DNA from: Chthoniobacterales bacterium
GTDB taxonomy: Bacteria > Verrucomicrobiota > Verrucomicrobiia > Chthoniobacterales > UBA10450
Direction of reading: 5' to 3'
Assembly (NCBI GenBank): GCA_035274845.1
Contig: DATENU010000012.1
Span: 44,908 to 108,907 of the forward strand
Length of the DNA: 64,000 bases
Shown here: piece by piece, positions 1 through 9,700 of the stretch
Position numbering within the stretch: the first letter of the stretch is position 1
Layout: each line of letters begins with the position of its first letter
Program-made: the position numbers and the translations under genes
The notes under the pieces: model-generated
Seen by the model: the letters and a program-made list of their open reading frames with translations, nothing else
Database searches by the model: none
Told to the model about the DNA's origin: nothing

Positions 1-215
1 TTGCTTCGCTCCACTCCGGGCTTGATTGCAGCGTCCCTCCGGGACTCTGATGCAGCGCAAGTTTTTCGCTGCATTCCATGCCAAGGACGCGTTGTTCGAG
101 AGAGCGCCGGAGGCGCGAAGGACTAGAGCCCGGAGTGAGCGCAGCGAACTCCGGGGTTAGGTGTCAACAACACCAGCCCCGAAGGGGCGGCGGGACGGAT
201 TCGGACCCAGTCGCA
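1..215. repeat. Partial copy of dispersed repeat family 1 (hairpin modules cttcgctccactccggg... and cccggagtgagcgcagcgaactccggg), truncated by window start
   Basis: Sequence similarity to elements at 3915-4150 and to the units of the 5841-6530 tandem array. Confidence 0.6.
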
Positions 216-333
216 CGCCCGCTTTGCGAGACTATCCACCTTCTCCGTCATCGCCCGCTCCCTGTTTGGCGATAGCCGATATAGCAATTCGGGGTCCCTC
301 GACTTCGCTCGGGATGACGGGCATGAGCGCCCG

Positions 334-1263
334 CTACTGAAGCTGCGGCTCGAGGCTGAAACTGGCAACGAGTTCGCCGCCGGGAGGGATCTGCTGGATT
401 CCCTCTTTGTTTTCGAAGACCCGTTGCTCGTGATGATCGGTCAGGCCCCAGCACGGTTCGACGCAGAGGAAGGGGCCGCCGTCGGACCACAACGTCAGGT
501 AAGGGACGCCGGTCAGATCGACGACCACGCGGCGCCCTGAGGGAGGGTCGGTGAAGGTAAATGTGCGATCCGGAACGCCTACCAGTTCGAGAATGTAGGA
601 ACCGCGCAGTTTCTCCCTCGCGAAAGGCATTTCGCCGCCAGCGAAACGGATATCCTCCGTTTCGCCGCTCAAATAATTGTCCGGAGAAAAATGACGGCGG
701 TAAAGACCGGGCGGCATGAGGAAGTGGAACGATTCGAAAGATTCCGCCGCGAATCCGGGATGCAATCCGAACTCTAGATGCGCGGTCAGGACAGGCTCGT
801 CATTTTTGAATTTGAACGTAACCGTGAGGCGCGCGCCTTCGATCCGATAGGTCAAATGGAGCGAAACCTTGAGCGGATATTCCGTAGCCGAAAAATCTTG
901 AGGCGTGATCCGATAAGTTAATTCATCGGCGCGATCCGACAGCACTCGATGCCACACTTTGGTCCGCAGAAAACTGTGCGTTCCGCCGCGCATCTCCTGG
1001 CCGCGGTAAAGGGTCCGCTCGTTTTTGATTCGATGCAGGAAATAACCCATCACCGTCGCGTGGTTAGCCCAGCCTTTCTCCGGGGGACCGAGCTCGTTAT
1101 CGCGATGCAGGAAGCCGATCCACTCGCCTTGCCGATTTCGCCGCGCGAGGCTGATCAGTTCCGCGCCGAGCCGGGAGACGATGAGTCGCAGCCCGTTCTC
1201 CTCATCGGTGAGAACATCCAGGAGCCGCTCGCCCCGCTTCTCTTCGCGCTGCGAGAACTTCAT
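334..1263 (-). CDS. Aldose 1-epimerase (galactose mutarotase-like) family protein
   Basis: 309-aa ORF; C-terminal segment LWSDGGPFLCVEPCWG resembles the conserved end of aldose-epimerase family proteins. Confidence 0.55.
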   Translation of the reverse strand: MKFSQREEKRGERLLDVLTDEENGLRLIVSRLGAELISLARRNRQGEWIGFLHRDNELGPPEKGWANHATVMGYFLHRIKNERTLYRGQEMRGGTHSFLRTKVWHRVLSDRADELTYRITPQDFSATEYPLKVSLHLTYRIEGARLTVTFKFKNDEPVLTAHLEFGLHPGFAAESFESFHFLMPPGLYRRHFSPDNYLSGETEDIRFAGGEMPFAREKLRGSYILELVGVPDRTFTFTDPPSGRRVVVDLTGVPYLTLWSDGGPFLCVEPCWGLTDHHEQRVFENKEGIQQIPPGGELVASFSLEPQLQ

Positions 1264-1300
1264 CGTTGAGAATCGGCGGTCTGAGACCGCCGCTACAGGG

Positions 1301-2563
1301 TTAGGGGAACAAACCGCGGGCGTGCTTCGCCTTCATGACCCGCTCGACGCCGATGGCCATCGCCGCCGTCCGGTGCGAGATTTTGTGCGCCTTCGCGCGC
1401 TTGATCACTTGCGTGAATGAATGTTCGAGAATGCGGAAAAGCTTATCGGTCACCTCCGTTTCGCTCCACATAAACGCCTGCAAACCCTGGACCCATTCGA
1501 AGTAAGAAACGATCACACCCCCGGCGTTGCAGAGAATGTCGGGAATGACGAAAAGCTCGTCCCAGCGCTCGTTCAGGATCAGATCGGCTTCGGGCGTGGT
1601 CGGGCCATTCGCGCCTTCGGCGAGAATCCGGCATTTCAATTTCGCGGCGTTGCTCCCATTGATGACGCGATCCACGGCCGACGGCACGAGCACGTCACAC
1701 GGCATAATGAGCATTTCGTTTGGATCGATCCGGTCGGCTTCGTTGAACGCCCGCAGATTTCCTTTCTTGATCACGTGCTGTTCCGCTTTCGCGACATCGA
1801 TCCCATTGGGATTGTAGAGCGCAACCGTGGCATCGCTGATTCCGACAACTTTCACGCCGGTCTTGTAGGCGAGCGACAACGCGGCGACAGAACCGACGTT
1901 GCCAAACCCCTGCACGATCGCGGTGCATTTTTCCGGGTCGATCTTCAGCACGTCCATCGCCCGCTCGATGAGATAGACGACGCCGCGGCCGGTGGCTTCG
2001 CGGCGCCCTTCGGTTCCGCCAATCGAGACCGGTTTTCCGGTAACGATTTCGTTCACGCAATAGCCCTGGTAGACCGAGTACGTGTCCATGAACCACGACA
2101 TGACCTGCTCGTTGGTTCCCATGTCGGGGCCCATGATGTCGGTGTGCGGGCCGACGAACGGGATCATCTCCTGCATGTAACGGCGGGAGACGGCTTCGAG
2201 CTCGTTCCGGGAAAGCTTGGTCACGTCGCAGGCCACGCCGCCCTTCGCGCCGCCGTAGGGCAAATTCGCGAGCGCGCATTTCCAGCTCATCCACATGGCG
2301 AGGGCAGCCGTTTCGCCCATGGTCAAATCAGGGGCGAAACGGGTGCCGCCCTTGGTCGGCCCGAGCGTAAGGTGGTGCTGAACCCGATACCCCTGGAAAG
2401 TCTGGGTGCTCCCGTCATCCATGTGCACCGGGAGCGTGACCGCCATGGCCCGCTTCGGGAGCATGAGCCGGTCGCGGTCATTGGCGTCGATCTGGAGATA
2501 ATCGGCGATGACCTGGAACTGGTCGCACGCCATTTGGAAAACTTCGTCGTTGTAAATGCTCAT
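1301..2563 (-). CDS. gdhA: Glutamate dehydrogenase (Glu/Leu/Phe/Val dehydrogenase family)
   Basis: 420-aa ORF with GGAKGG motif and ELFV-dehydrogenase N- and C-terminal NAD(P) domains (GFGNVG). Confidence 0.9.
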   Translation of the reverse strand: MSIYNDEVFQMACDQFQVIADYLQIDANDRDRLMLPKRAMAVTLPVHMDDGSTQTFQGYRVQHHLTLGPTKGGTRFAPDLTMGETAALAMWMSWKCALANLPYGGAKGGVACDVTKLSRNELEAVSRRYMQEMIPFVGPHTDIMGPDMGTNEQVMSWFMDTYSVYQGYCVNEIVTGKPVSIGGTEGRREATGRGVVYLIERAMDVLKIDPEKCTAIVQGFGNVGSVAALSLAYKTGVKVVGISDATVALYNPNGIDVAKAEQHVIKKGNLRAFNEADRIDPNEMLIMPCDVLVPSAVDRVINGSNAAKLKCRILAEGANGPTTPEADLILNERWDELFVIPDILCNAGGVIVSYFEWVQGLQAFMWSETEVTDKLFRILEHSFTQVIKRAKAHKISHRTAAMAIGVERVMKAKHARGLFP

Positions 2564-2700
2564 AAAGCGAAGGCCGGAAGATAAATTGTCCCGGCGTGAA
2601 AATCAGGTGCTATTTGCGCTGGAGCGAAGGAGCCGTCAAATCGAATTGCGGGGGGAGGCCTCGACTGAGCGAGGCGGCTACAGTAAGAAGAAGGATCGTT

Positions 2701-3837
2701 GTGAAACCGGATCGCAAAACTCGGATCGAAACGCTGGCGGTCCACGCTGGGCACGAGGTCGACGCGGCGACGGGCGCAGTCGCCACCCCGATCCACATGG
2801 CGACCACGTTCCAGCGCGATGCGGAAGGCGGTTATCCGCACGGCTACATTTACGGGCGAAGCGGAAACCCGACCCGCCATGCGCTCGAACAAGCACTGGC
2901 AGCCCTTGAGGACGGAGAAGACGCAGCCGCCTTCGGATCCGGACTGGCCGCCTCCAGTGCGGTCCTCCAGGCGCTGGCGGCCGGCGATCATGTCATTGCG
3001 CCAACGGACGTTTATCACGGCATGACGAAGCTCCTGCGCGAGGTTTATCTGCGGTGGGGCCTGGAAGTGAGCTTCGTGGACATGACGAAGCTCGATGAAG
3101 TCAAAAACGCGGTGCGCCCCGAAACGAAGTTGATCTGGATCGAGACGCCTTCCAATCCGCTGCTCAAGATTACCGACATCGCCGCGGCCGCGGAGCTCGC
3201 TCATGCCGCCGGCGCGCTCTGCGCTTGCGACAACACCTGGGCGCCGATCGTCCAGCGGCCGCTCGAACTGGGATGCGACCTCGTCATGCATGCGACCACC
3301 AAATATCTCGGTGGCCATTCCGACGTCACGGGCGGCGCGATCATCGCCAGGGCGGCGTCAGATTTTTTTGGGCGGGTCCGCGAAATCCAGACGACCTGCG
3401 GCGGGGTCCCCTCACCTTTCGATTGCTGGCTGATCCTGCGCGGGCTGCGTTCCCTGCCTTGGCGTATGCGCGGGCATTGCGAAAACGCGCTCAAACTTGC
3501 GACCTGGCTGGCTGACCACGCGCGGGTCGAAGCAGTCCATTATCCGGCGCTGGAATCGCACGCCGGGCATGAGATCGCGGCCCGGCAGATGAGTGCGTTT
3601 AGCGGGATGCTTTCGTTCGAAGTACGCGGTGGCCGGGAAGCCGCAGTAGGAGTCGCCGCGAAAACGAAGCTGTTCATTCAAGCCACGAGCCTGGGCGGCG
3701 TGGAAAGTCTCATCGAACATCGGGCCTCGATCAAAGGCGAGGACCCACGCACGCCGCAGGGGTTATTGCGGGTATCAGTCGGGCTCGAGCACGCCGATGA
3801 TCTCATCGAAGACCTGGCGCAGGCGCTCGAATCGTAG
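2701..3837 (+). CDS. Cys/Met-metabolism PLP-dependent enzyme (cystathionine gamma-synthase / O-succinylhomoserine sulfhydrylase family)
   Basis: ORF 2596-3837. Family-typical N-terminus starts at GTG 2701 (TLAVHAG...). Contains the PLP lysine region TKYLGGHSD. Start codon uncertain. Confidence 0.8.
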   Translation: MKPDRKTRIETLAVHAGHEVDAATGAVATPIHMATTFQRDAEGGYPHGYIYGRSGNPTRHALEQALAALEDGEDAAAFGSGLAASSAVLQALAAGDHVIAPTDVYHGMTKLLREVYLRWGLEVSFVDMTKLDEVKNAVRPETKLIWIETPSNPLLKITDIAAAAELAHAAGALCACDNTWAPIVQRPLELGCDLVMHATTKYLGGHSDVTGGAIIARAASDFFGRVREIQTTCGGVPSPFDCWLILRGLRSLPWRMRGHCENALKLATWLADHARVEAVHYPALESHAGHEIAARQMSAFSGMLSFEVRGGREAAVGVAAKTKLFIQATSLGGVESLIEHRASIKGEDPRTPQGLLRVSVGLEHADDLIEDLAQALES

Positions 3838-3914
3838 GCATTTCCGTGAAACGCCGGGTTGAAGGCGCCTGGCACAGACACCCTACAATTCCAGCGCGCC
3901 GAGGAAGGTCTGCT

Positions 3915-4150
3915 CTTGCTGTGACAGCCCCGGAGGGGCGTCGGAATAAAGCCCGGAGTAGAGCGCAGCGAAACTCCGGGAACCGATGCAATCGCATTTG
4001 TCCAACCCCTGACAAGGGGTGACGGACGGGCTGAGAGGCCGCGCCTTCCGTCGCCCCTTCTCAGGGCTCATTCCTTGCATCATACACCGGGAGTTTCGCT
4101 TCGCTCCACTCCCGGCTTTAAGTCCGACGCACCCTCCGGGCGCTGTGGCC
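3915..4150. repeat. Dispersed copy of repeat family 1 between the PLP-enzyme gene and murJ
   Basis: Contains cccggagtagagcgcagcgaaactccggg, ccccTGACAagggg and gggagtttcgcttcgctccactcccggc modules shared with 1-215 and 5841-6530. Confidence 0.65.
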
Positions 4151-4160
4151 TTTTCCTCTG

Positions 4161-5786
4161 CTATGCGACGCGCGCCCGACCGAGCTTCCCGCGAACCAGC
4201 TCCACCACATCCCGCACTTCGTCGACGCGAAGCAAATACGCGGCGCCAAAGAACACCCCGGCGCCAGCCACTATGGTGATGAGTAGCCCGGCCGCCTTCT
4301 GCCAAAGGCTGCCGTCGTGCGAAACGAAAATGAAATTCTGCGCGGCGAAGCAAATCCCGGCGAGCAACGCCCCGGCCAGGAACAATTTCGCGAGCGTCCG
4401 CAGCATCACACCGGTTTCGAGACGGCCGACATAACGCCGCATCATGGCGTAAAGGACGAGGAAATTCGTCAGCGCAACCAGGCTGGTGGAAAGAGCGAGT
4501 CCACGGTGGCCGAGGTCCATGCGAAACGTGAAGAACCAATTTAGCGCCACGTTCAACCCGATGGAAAAAAGACTGACCAGCATGGGCAGATTCCGTTTAT
4601 CGAGCGCGTAAAAAGCTGGCGCCAAAACTTTGACCGCGGAATACCCGACGAGCCCGATCGCGTAGAAACGCAACGCGCCTGCGGTTTGAATCGTGGAGGC
4701 GCTGGTGAAGCGGCCATGTTGATAAATCAGGCCGATGATCGGTTCGGCTAAAATCGTAAGACCGATGGCCGATGGAATCGTCAGCAACATGACGAGCCGC
4801 ATCGCGTGAGCGAGCGCCCCGCGAAACTCCGCCTTGTTGCCGAGTGCCGCACTGCGCGAAACAAGGGGGAGCGTCACGGTCGCGATGGCGACGCCGAAAA
4901 TGCCGAGCGGCAATTGCATGAGACGAAAGGCGATGTTCAACCAGCTCACCGGCCCGTCGCCGAGGCGCGCCGCGAAGCCACTATTGATGAGCACGTTTAC
5001 CTGGACGGCGCTGGCGGCGATCACGGCCGGCCCCATGAGCGTGAGGACGGTGCGCACGCCCGGGTCGCGCCAGGAAAAATCGGCCCGGAATTTGTAACCG
5101 ACCCGGCGCAGCGACGGGAATTGCGCGGTCAACTGCCACAGACCTCCGATGAGGGTGCCGATCGAAAGGCCGATCAATGAACGCGCGCCAAAATGCGGAT
5201 CAAACCACCAGCCGAGGGCGACGCCGGCGATGATCGAGCCGAGATTGAAAAAGCTCGACGCCATCGCGGGCATCCCGAAGACATTTTTCGCGTTGAGCAT
5301 TCCCATCGCGAGAGCGGCCAGCGACACCAGGAGGATGAACGGCCACATGATGCGCGTGAGTAAAACCGTGAGCGCAGTCTTTTCCGCGTCCCAACTCCAC
5401 CACGTCATCACGTCGACAAGTTGAGGGGCGAAGAGGATTCCGAGCAGCGTCACCGCGCTCATGAAAACAACCGCCAGCGTGGCCACCTTGTTCGCAAGCC
5501 GCCAGGCGGATTCATCCCCCTCGGTGGCGATCTTTTTCGAAAACGTGGTGATGAACGCGGTTGAGAGGGCGCCTTCGGCAAAAAGGTCGCGCAACATGTT
5601 GGGCACGCGGAACGCCATCAGGAACGCGTCCAGATTTTTTCCAGCGCCGAAGAGCGCGGCGAAAAGCACTTCGCGGATCAGGCCCAGGATGCGGCTGGAA
5701 AGGATGGCGATGCCGACAATGCCGGTCGCGCGCGTGCTCACGCGTTTGTTCGCCGGGATGGCCGCTTCTTTCACGGCGCAACACAA
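4161..5786 (-). CDS. murJ: Lipid II flippase MurJ (MviN)
   Basis: 541-aa polytopic ORF; N-terminal SRILGLIREVLFAALFGAG and MOP-superfamily topology are typical of MurJ. True start may be slightly internal to the ORF. Confidence 0.88.
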   Translation of the reverse strand: MCCAVKEAAIPANKRVSTRATGIVGIAILSSRILGLIREVLFAALFGAGKNLDAFLMAFRVPNMLRDLFAEGALSTAFITTFSKKIATEGDESAWRLANKVATLAVVFMSAVTLLGILFAPQLVDVMTWWSWDAEKTALTVLLTRIMWPFILLVSLAALAMGMLNAKNVFGMPAMASSFFNLGSIIAGVALGWWFDPHFGARSLIGLSIGTLIGGLWQLTAQFPSLRRVGYKFRADFSWRDPGVRTVLTLMGPAVIAASAVQVNVLINSGFAARLGDGPVSWLNIAFRLMQLPLGIFGVAIATVTLPLVSRSAALGNKAEFRGALAHAMRLVMLLTIPSAIGLTILAEPIIGLIYQHGRFTSASTIQTAGALRFYAIGLVGYSAVKVLAPAFYALDKRNLPMLVSLFSIGLNVALNWFFTFRMDLGHRGLALSTSLVALTNFLVLYAMMRRYVGRLETGVMLRTLAKLFLAGALLAGICFAAQNFIFVSHDGSLWQKAAGLLITIVAGAGVFFGAAYLLRVDEVRDVVELVRGKLGRARVA

Positions 5787-5840
5787 CAGCGGAGTCGCGT
5801 TTTACGAAAGCGGAATATGCGGGCGCTCCTTCTGTAACCG

Positions 5841-6530
5841 TCCCCCTGTCCGTCGCCCCTTTCAGGTGCTTGCTTGTTTCGATTCAGACACCGGGAGTTC
5901 CGCTGCGCTTCACTCCCGGCTTTATTCCTTCGCGCGTTTCGGGCGCTGCTTGGCGCCTGCAACAGCCCCGGAGGGGCGCTGGGATTAGAGCCCGGAGTGG
6001 AGCGGCAGCGAAACTCCGGGAACCGACCGATCGCATCTGTTCAACCCCTGACAAGGGGTGACGGAGGGCGCTTCGAATGGCAGGTGTCTCATCAATCGGC
6101 AAACGGGAATAGAGGATCCAATAATCCTTTCGCGTTTTCCGTCGCTCCTTTCAGGGGCTTGCTGGTTTCGATTCAGACACCGGGAGTTCCGCTTCGCTGC
6201 ACTCCCGGCTTTATTCCTTCGCGCCTTTCAGGCGCTGCTTGGCGCCTGCAACAGCCCCGGAGGGGCGTTGGATTAGAGCCCGGAGTGGAGCGGCAGCGAA
6301 ACTCCGGGAACCGATCGAATTGCATTTCCAACCCCGGAAGGGGTGACGGAGGGCACTTCGAATGGAAGGTGTCTCATCAATCGGCAAACGGGAACAGAGG
6401 ATCACCTTTAATCCTTTCGCGTTTTCCGTCACCGCTTCCCAAGGGCTCGCTGGTTTCGAATCATATATCGGGAGTTCCGCTTCGCTTCACTCCCGGCTCT
6501 AATCCCGATGCGCCCTCCGGGCGCGGGTTG
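5841..6530. repeat. Tandem array (about 2.3 copies of a ~293-bp unit) of repeat family 1
   Basis: Unit starts at about 5841, 6134 and 6427 (cgtcgc.cctttcagg.gcttgct.gtttcgattcagacaccgggagttccgc...); multiple internal hairpins. Confidence 0.8.
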
Positions 6531-6604
6531 GCCGCCTGAGATGTTCGAGCGCCCCACGCAAACGCGGCTCCAGCTTGGAGCAGTCTGTGAGGCTCGCCCG
6601 AACA

Positions 6605-6712
6605 CTCGGCGCTGGCCGATGATCGCCACCGAGGGGGATGAATCCGCCTGGCGGCTCGCGAACAAGGTGGCTCGGCGCTGGCCGATGATATACGTCAGTG
6701 ACGTATATCATC
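6605..6712. other. Composite element: 19-bp direct repeat, 51-bp inverted copy of an internal murJ segment (1 mismatch), the same 19-bp direct repeat, then a 29-bp perfect palindrome
   Basis: 6621-6671 equals the reverse complement of 5483-5533 (murJ codons for IATEGDESAWRLANKVA) with one mismatch. ctcggcgctggccgatgat occurs at 6605-6623 and 6671-6689. gatgatatacgtcaGtgacgtatatcatc lies at 6684-6712. Confidence 0.8.
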
Positions 6713-6754
6713 ACCGGTGTTGCTGTTGGTGTCGGTGCAATGGTCGCCGCTTTC

Positions 6755-9700
6755 CTAGGACGAGCTCGATTGCAGGGGCGGAGGGGGAGGAGGCATCGGC
6801 GGTGATGACGGTGACGACGGCACCGGCGGTGGAGAGTCCGGTGGGACTGGAACCGGCGGTGGCGGCGGGACTGGCGGCGGCGGTCCTGCGGGAGGAGGAG
6901 GCGGCGGCGGCGGCTTCTCGCCTTTCGGCACGAGGAAGCGTTGATAGAGAAACGACGCGACGATCAGGATAACCGCGACGCCGATAAAGGCGCCGATGCG
7001 GTAGAGCTGGCTGAGCTGGCTGAGATCATGCAGGAAGAGTTTCGCGAGCGTGACGACCAGAAGGGCCACGCCGGAATAACGGACCCAGCGGGTCTTCTGG
7101 CGCATGCCGATGAGGAGCAACGCAAAGGCGTAAAGCGCCCAGGCGATCGAATAGGTCATGTCCCGCGCGAAGTTGCCTGAGAACGAAAAGGTCAGGGTCG
7201 GCCCGATGGAAAAATAATCGGCAATCTCGATGTTGAGGAGGAGAAAGGTAAGGATCGCGCCTAACGAGTAGAGAGTCGTGGGCGCGGACCGTTCGAAGAC
7301 CGTGTTCCGCGGCGGCCGAATCAGCCAGGCGCCGGCAAAGAGGCAGACGATGGTAATTCCGTAAGCATACAGGTACCAATTCAGGATCGGGGTGGGAGTG
7401 CGGCGATGATATTCCAGCACGGCCGGGTTCAGGGCGAGCCGAACGAAGGCCAGGCAGAGCAAGCCGAAACCGACGTAACGGAGCCCGCGGTTCGGAACCC
7501 GCCGGAACAACCAGAGGAGCGCCAGGCCTTCCAATGCCCAACCCAGCGTGATCCATTCCCGGTCGAACTGGATCGGGAAAATGAGGGTAATGAAAAACAA
7601 CGCGGCCCCGCCTTGCCACGCGAGCCGCGCATCGCCAGTGGCGGGATCCGCCTGGCGGTTACGGATGAGAAAGAAAACGGCGATCGCATACGGAACAACG
7701 AAAGCAGCGGGAGCGAGGCCGTTCTGCAACCCGGGGAACGCCTTCGTGATGGTGTCGTAGATGAGCGCGAACTGGAGCGGGCCCGCGAGCGCGCCAATCG
7801 CCCACGGCAACGCCTTCCGTTCTTCCGAGGTGAAAAACGGAAACGCGAAGAAGATCAGGAAAAACGCCGTCTGCCATCCGAGCGCGAGGGCGGCGTAATC
7901 AATGTGGAAATTCGGGGCGCCCTGCCATTCACATTGGACGAGCCAGCCGAAAACGAGCGCGATAAGCGCGATCCAACTCGTGCGGGCGATGACCGCGAGG
8001 CCCAGCAATAGCACGCAGAGAACAAACGTGGTGAGGAAATAGGGCGTCGGATTCGCCGCCGGCAGCTTGGTCATTGCCATCATGATCAGGACAAACGGAA
8101 GCGAGGCGGCGAGCGCGGGGATGTTGCGGCGCGCATGCGGCGAATCGGGGAAGAAGCGTCGCGCCGTGAAGAGTAACACCGAGAAAAACAAAGTGCCCGA
8201 CCCCGCGGCGACAATGAGAAAGCTGCTCAGGTCGATGTCCGGCTCGCCGGCTGAGATCCAAAGAAACGCAGAAATGAAGGTGAGGACGACAGCGCCGGCG
8301 ATGGCGAGCACCGAGCGTCGGACGAGCGCGACACCGATGACGACGAAGTCGAGAATGAGGAGACAGAACCAGACTGCGGAACCGGTTTGATTTTTCGAGA
8401 CGCAACTCCAGATCAGGACCAGCGGCAGAAGCGGAAGATAACTGAGCCAGGGCGATCGTTCTGCGTCAGGTCCCGTTGTTCTCGGCCAGACCGCGAAGCC
8501 CGCGTGAAAAATCGAATACGCGACGTAACCGCCCAGCGCCCACCAGAGTGAAGCGGACGTCAGGTACATCCCGGTCCAGATCGCGAGAAAAAGGAAAACG
8601 ATTCCGCCGGCGAGCGGGACGACCAGGTCGCGTTTGGAATAAAAGAAGGCGAGCGCGAGCAGGCCCGCTTCGGCCACAAACATGTAGGTGAAGAGGAAAC
8701 CAGGTCGCGGCCCAAAGTCCCGGTAACTCAACAGGCAGAACCCCCAGGCGAGTGCCGCCAGGCAAACCGCGATGGCAGCGCGCGCGGTCCAGTTGGCCGG
8801 AGGATGCAACCGGCGCGCCCAGGCAAAGATGGCGAGAAACTGCACTTCGAAGCCGATGAAAACGGCAAAAGCGGTGTTGCCTTTCCAAGGCACAAAAAAC
8901 TTCGCGGCCCAGGCGAATTCCATCACGATCGTCCCGGCCGCCGCGAGCAGAACCAGATAATCCCATCGTTTGCGCAGGGCGACGGCGGCAACCCCAACGT
9001 TCAGGACGGCGATGTAACCGAACAGCGCGGTCGGATTATCGACGCCAGTCGAGAGCAAGACCGGCGTGAGAAATCCGCCGAGGAGCCCGAGCACGACGAT
9101 GACCTGCGCGTTCATGCGAACCGCGAGGAAGAACGCGGCCGCGGTCACGACCGCCATGAAAGCGAACGCCGGAACGAGGGCGATCAAATGGTAGTAAACG
9201 TGCGCCGCAAAGATGTTGCCGTAGAGAACCAGGACGCCAGTCGCACAAAGGCTCTGGCCGGAGACGCGATATCGCCGAGTGGAGGTGAACCAACCGGTGA
9301 TGACAAGGCCGACACCGAGCACCGTCCCGATAGCGACGCGCATTGCGGGCGTGATCAGGTTGTTGTCGAAGGAATATTTTACCAGGAAGACGATCCCGAG
9401 GAAGAGGACGAACCCGCCGATCCAGGCGAAAAGTTTCACTCCGAAAAATGCTTCCCAATCGAACGGCTTTGCGGGGACCGGTGGCGGCGGCGGCGGGACA
9501 ATCGGCGGCGGTTGGAACGCTGGCATCGGCGGGACCGGGGGCGGTTCCGGTGGAGGTGGAGGCACAGCCGGCTGCGATGGGATCGGCACCGTGGCTATCG
9601 GTGGAGGCGGAGGCGCGGACACCGTTTCCGCGGCTCGCGCGGGCACGGTCGCTACAGCCTGCGCCGCTGCTGGTGGCGCGACGGGAGCGCGGCCGCCGCC

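Noticed and set aside
1421-2584. Long plus-strand ORF (387 aa) antisense to gdhA, and similar long antisense ORFs (e.g. 17552-18889, 19394-20455, 8804-9871, 9279-10775, 22138-22865, 35428-36044)
   Set aside because: High-GC genomes yield long stop-free antisense frames. The opposite strand carries strongly recognisable protein families in each case, and the antisense translations are Arg/Ala/Gly-rich low-complexity
2564-2700. Possible SAM/Met riboswitch in the leader of the Cys/Met PLP-enzyme gene
   Set aside because: No convincing match to SAM-I/II/IV consensus cores could be recognised by eye. It would need an Infernal scan
5841-6530. Possible CRISPR array or tRNA-like sequences (ggtttcgattc resembles a T-loop) in the tandem repeats
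   Set aside because: Repeat units are about 290 bp without repeat-spacer periodicity. No cloverleaf (acceptor/anticodon stems) can be drawn around the T-loop-like motif
6508-6972. 154-aa ORF containing a MurJ-like peptide (IATEGDESAWRLANKVA)
   Set aside because: The similarity is due to the 51-bp duplicated murJ fragment. The rest is low-complexity and overlaps the 3' end of the DUF2339 gene on the other strand, so it is not a gene
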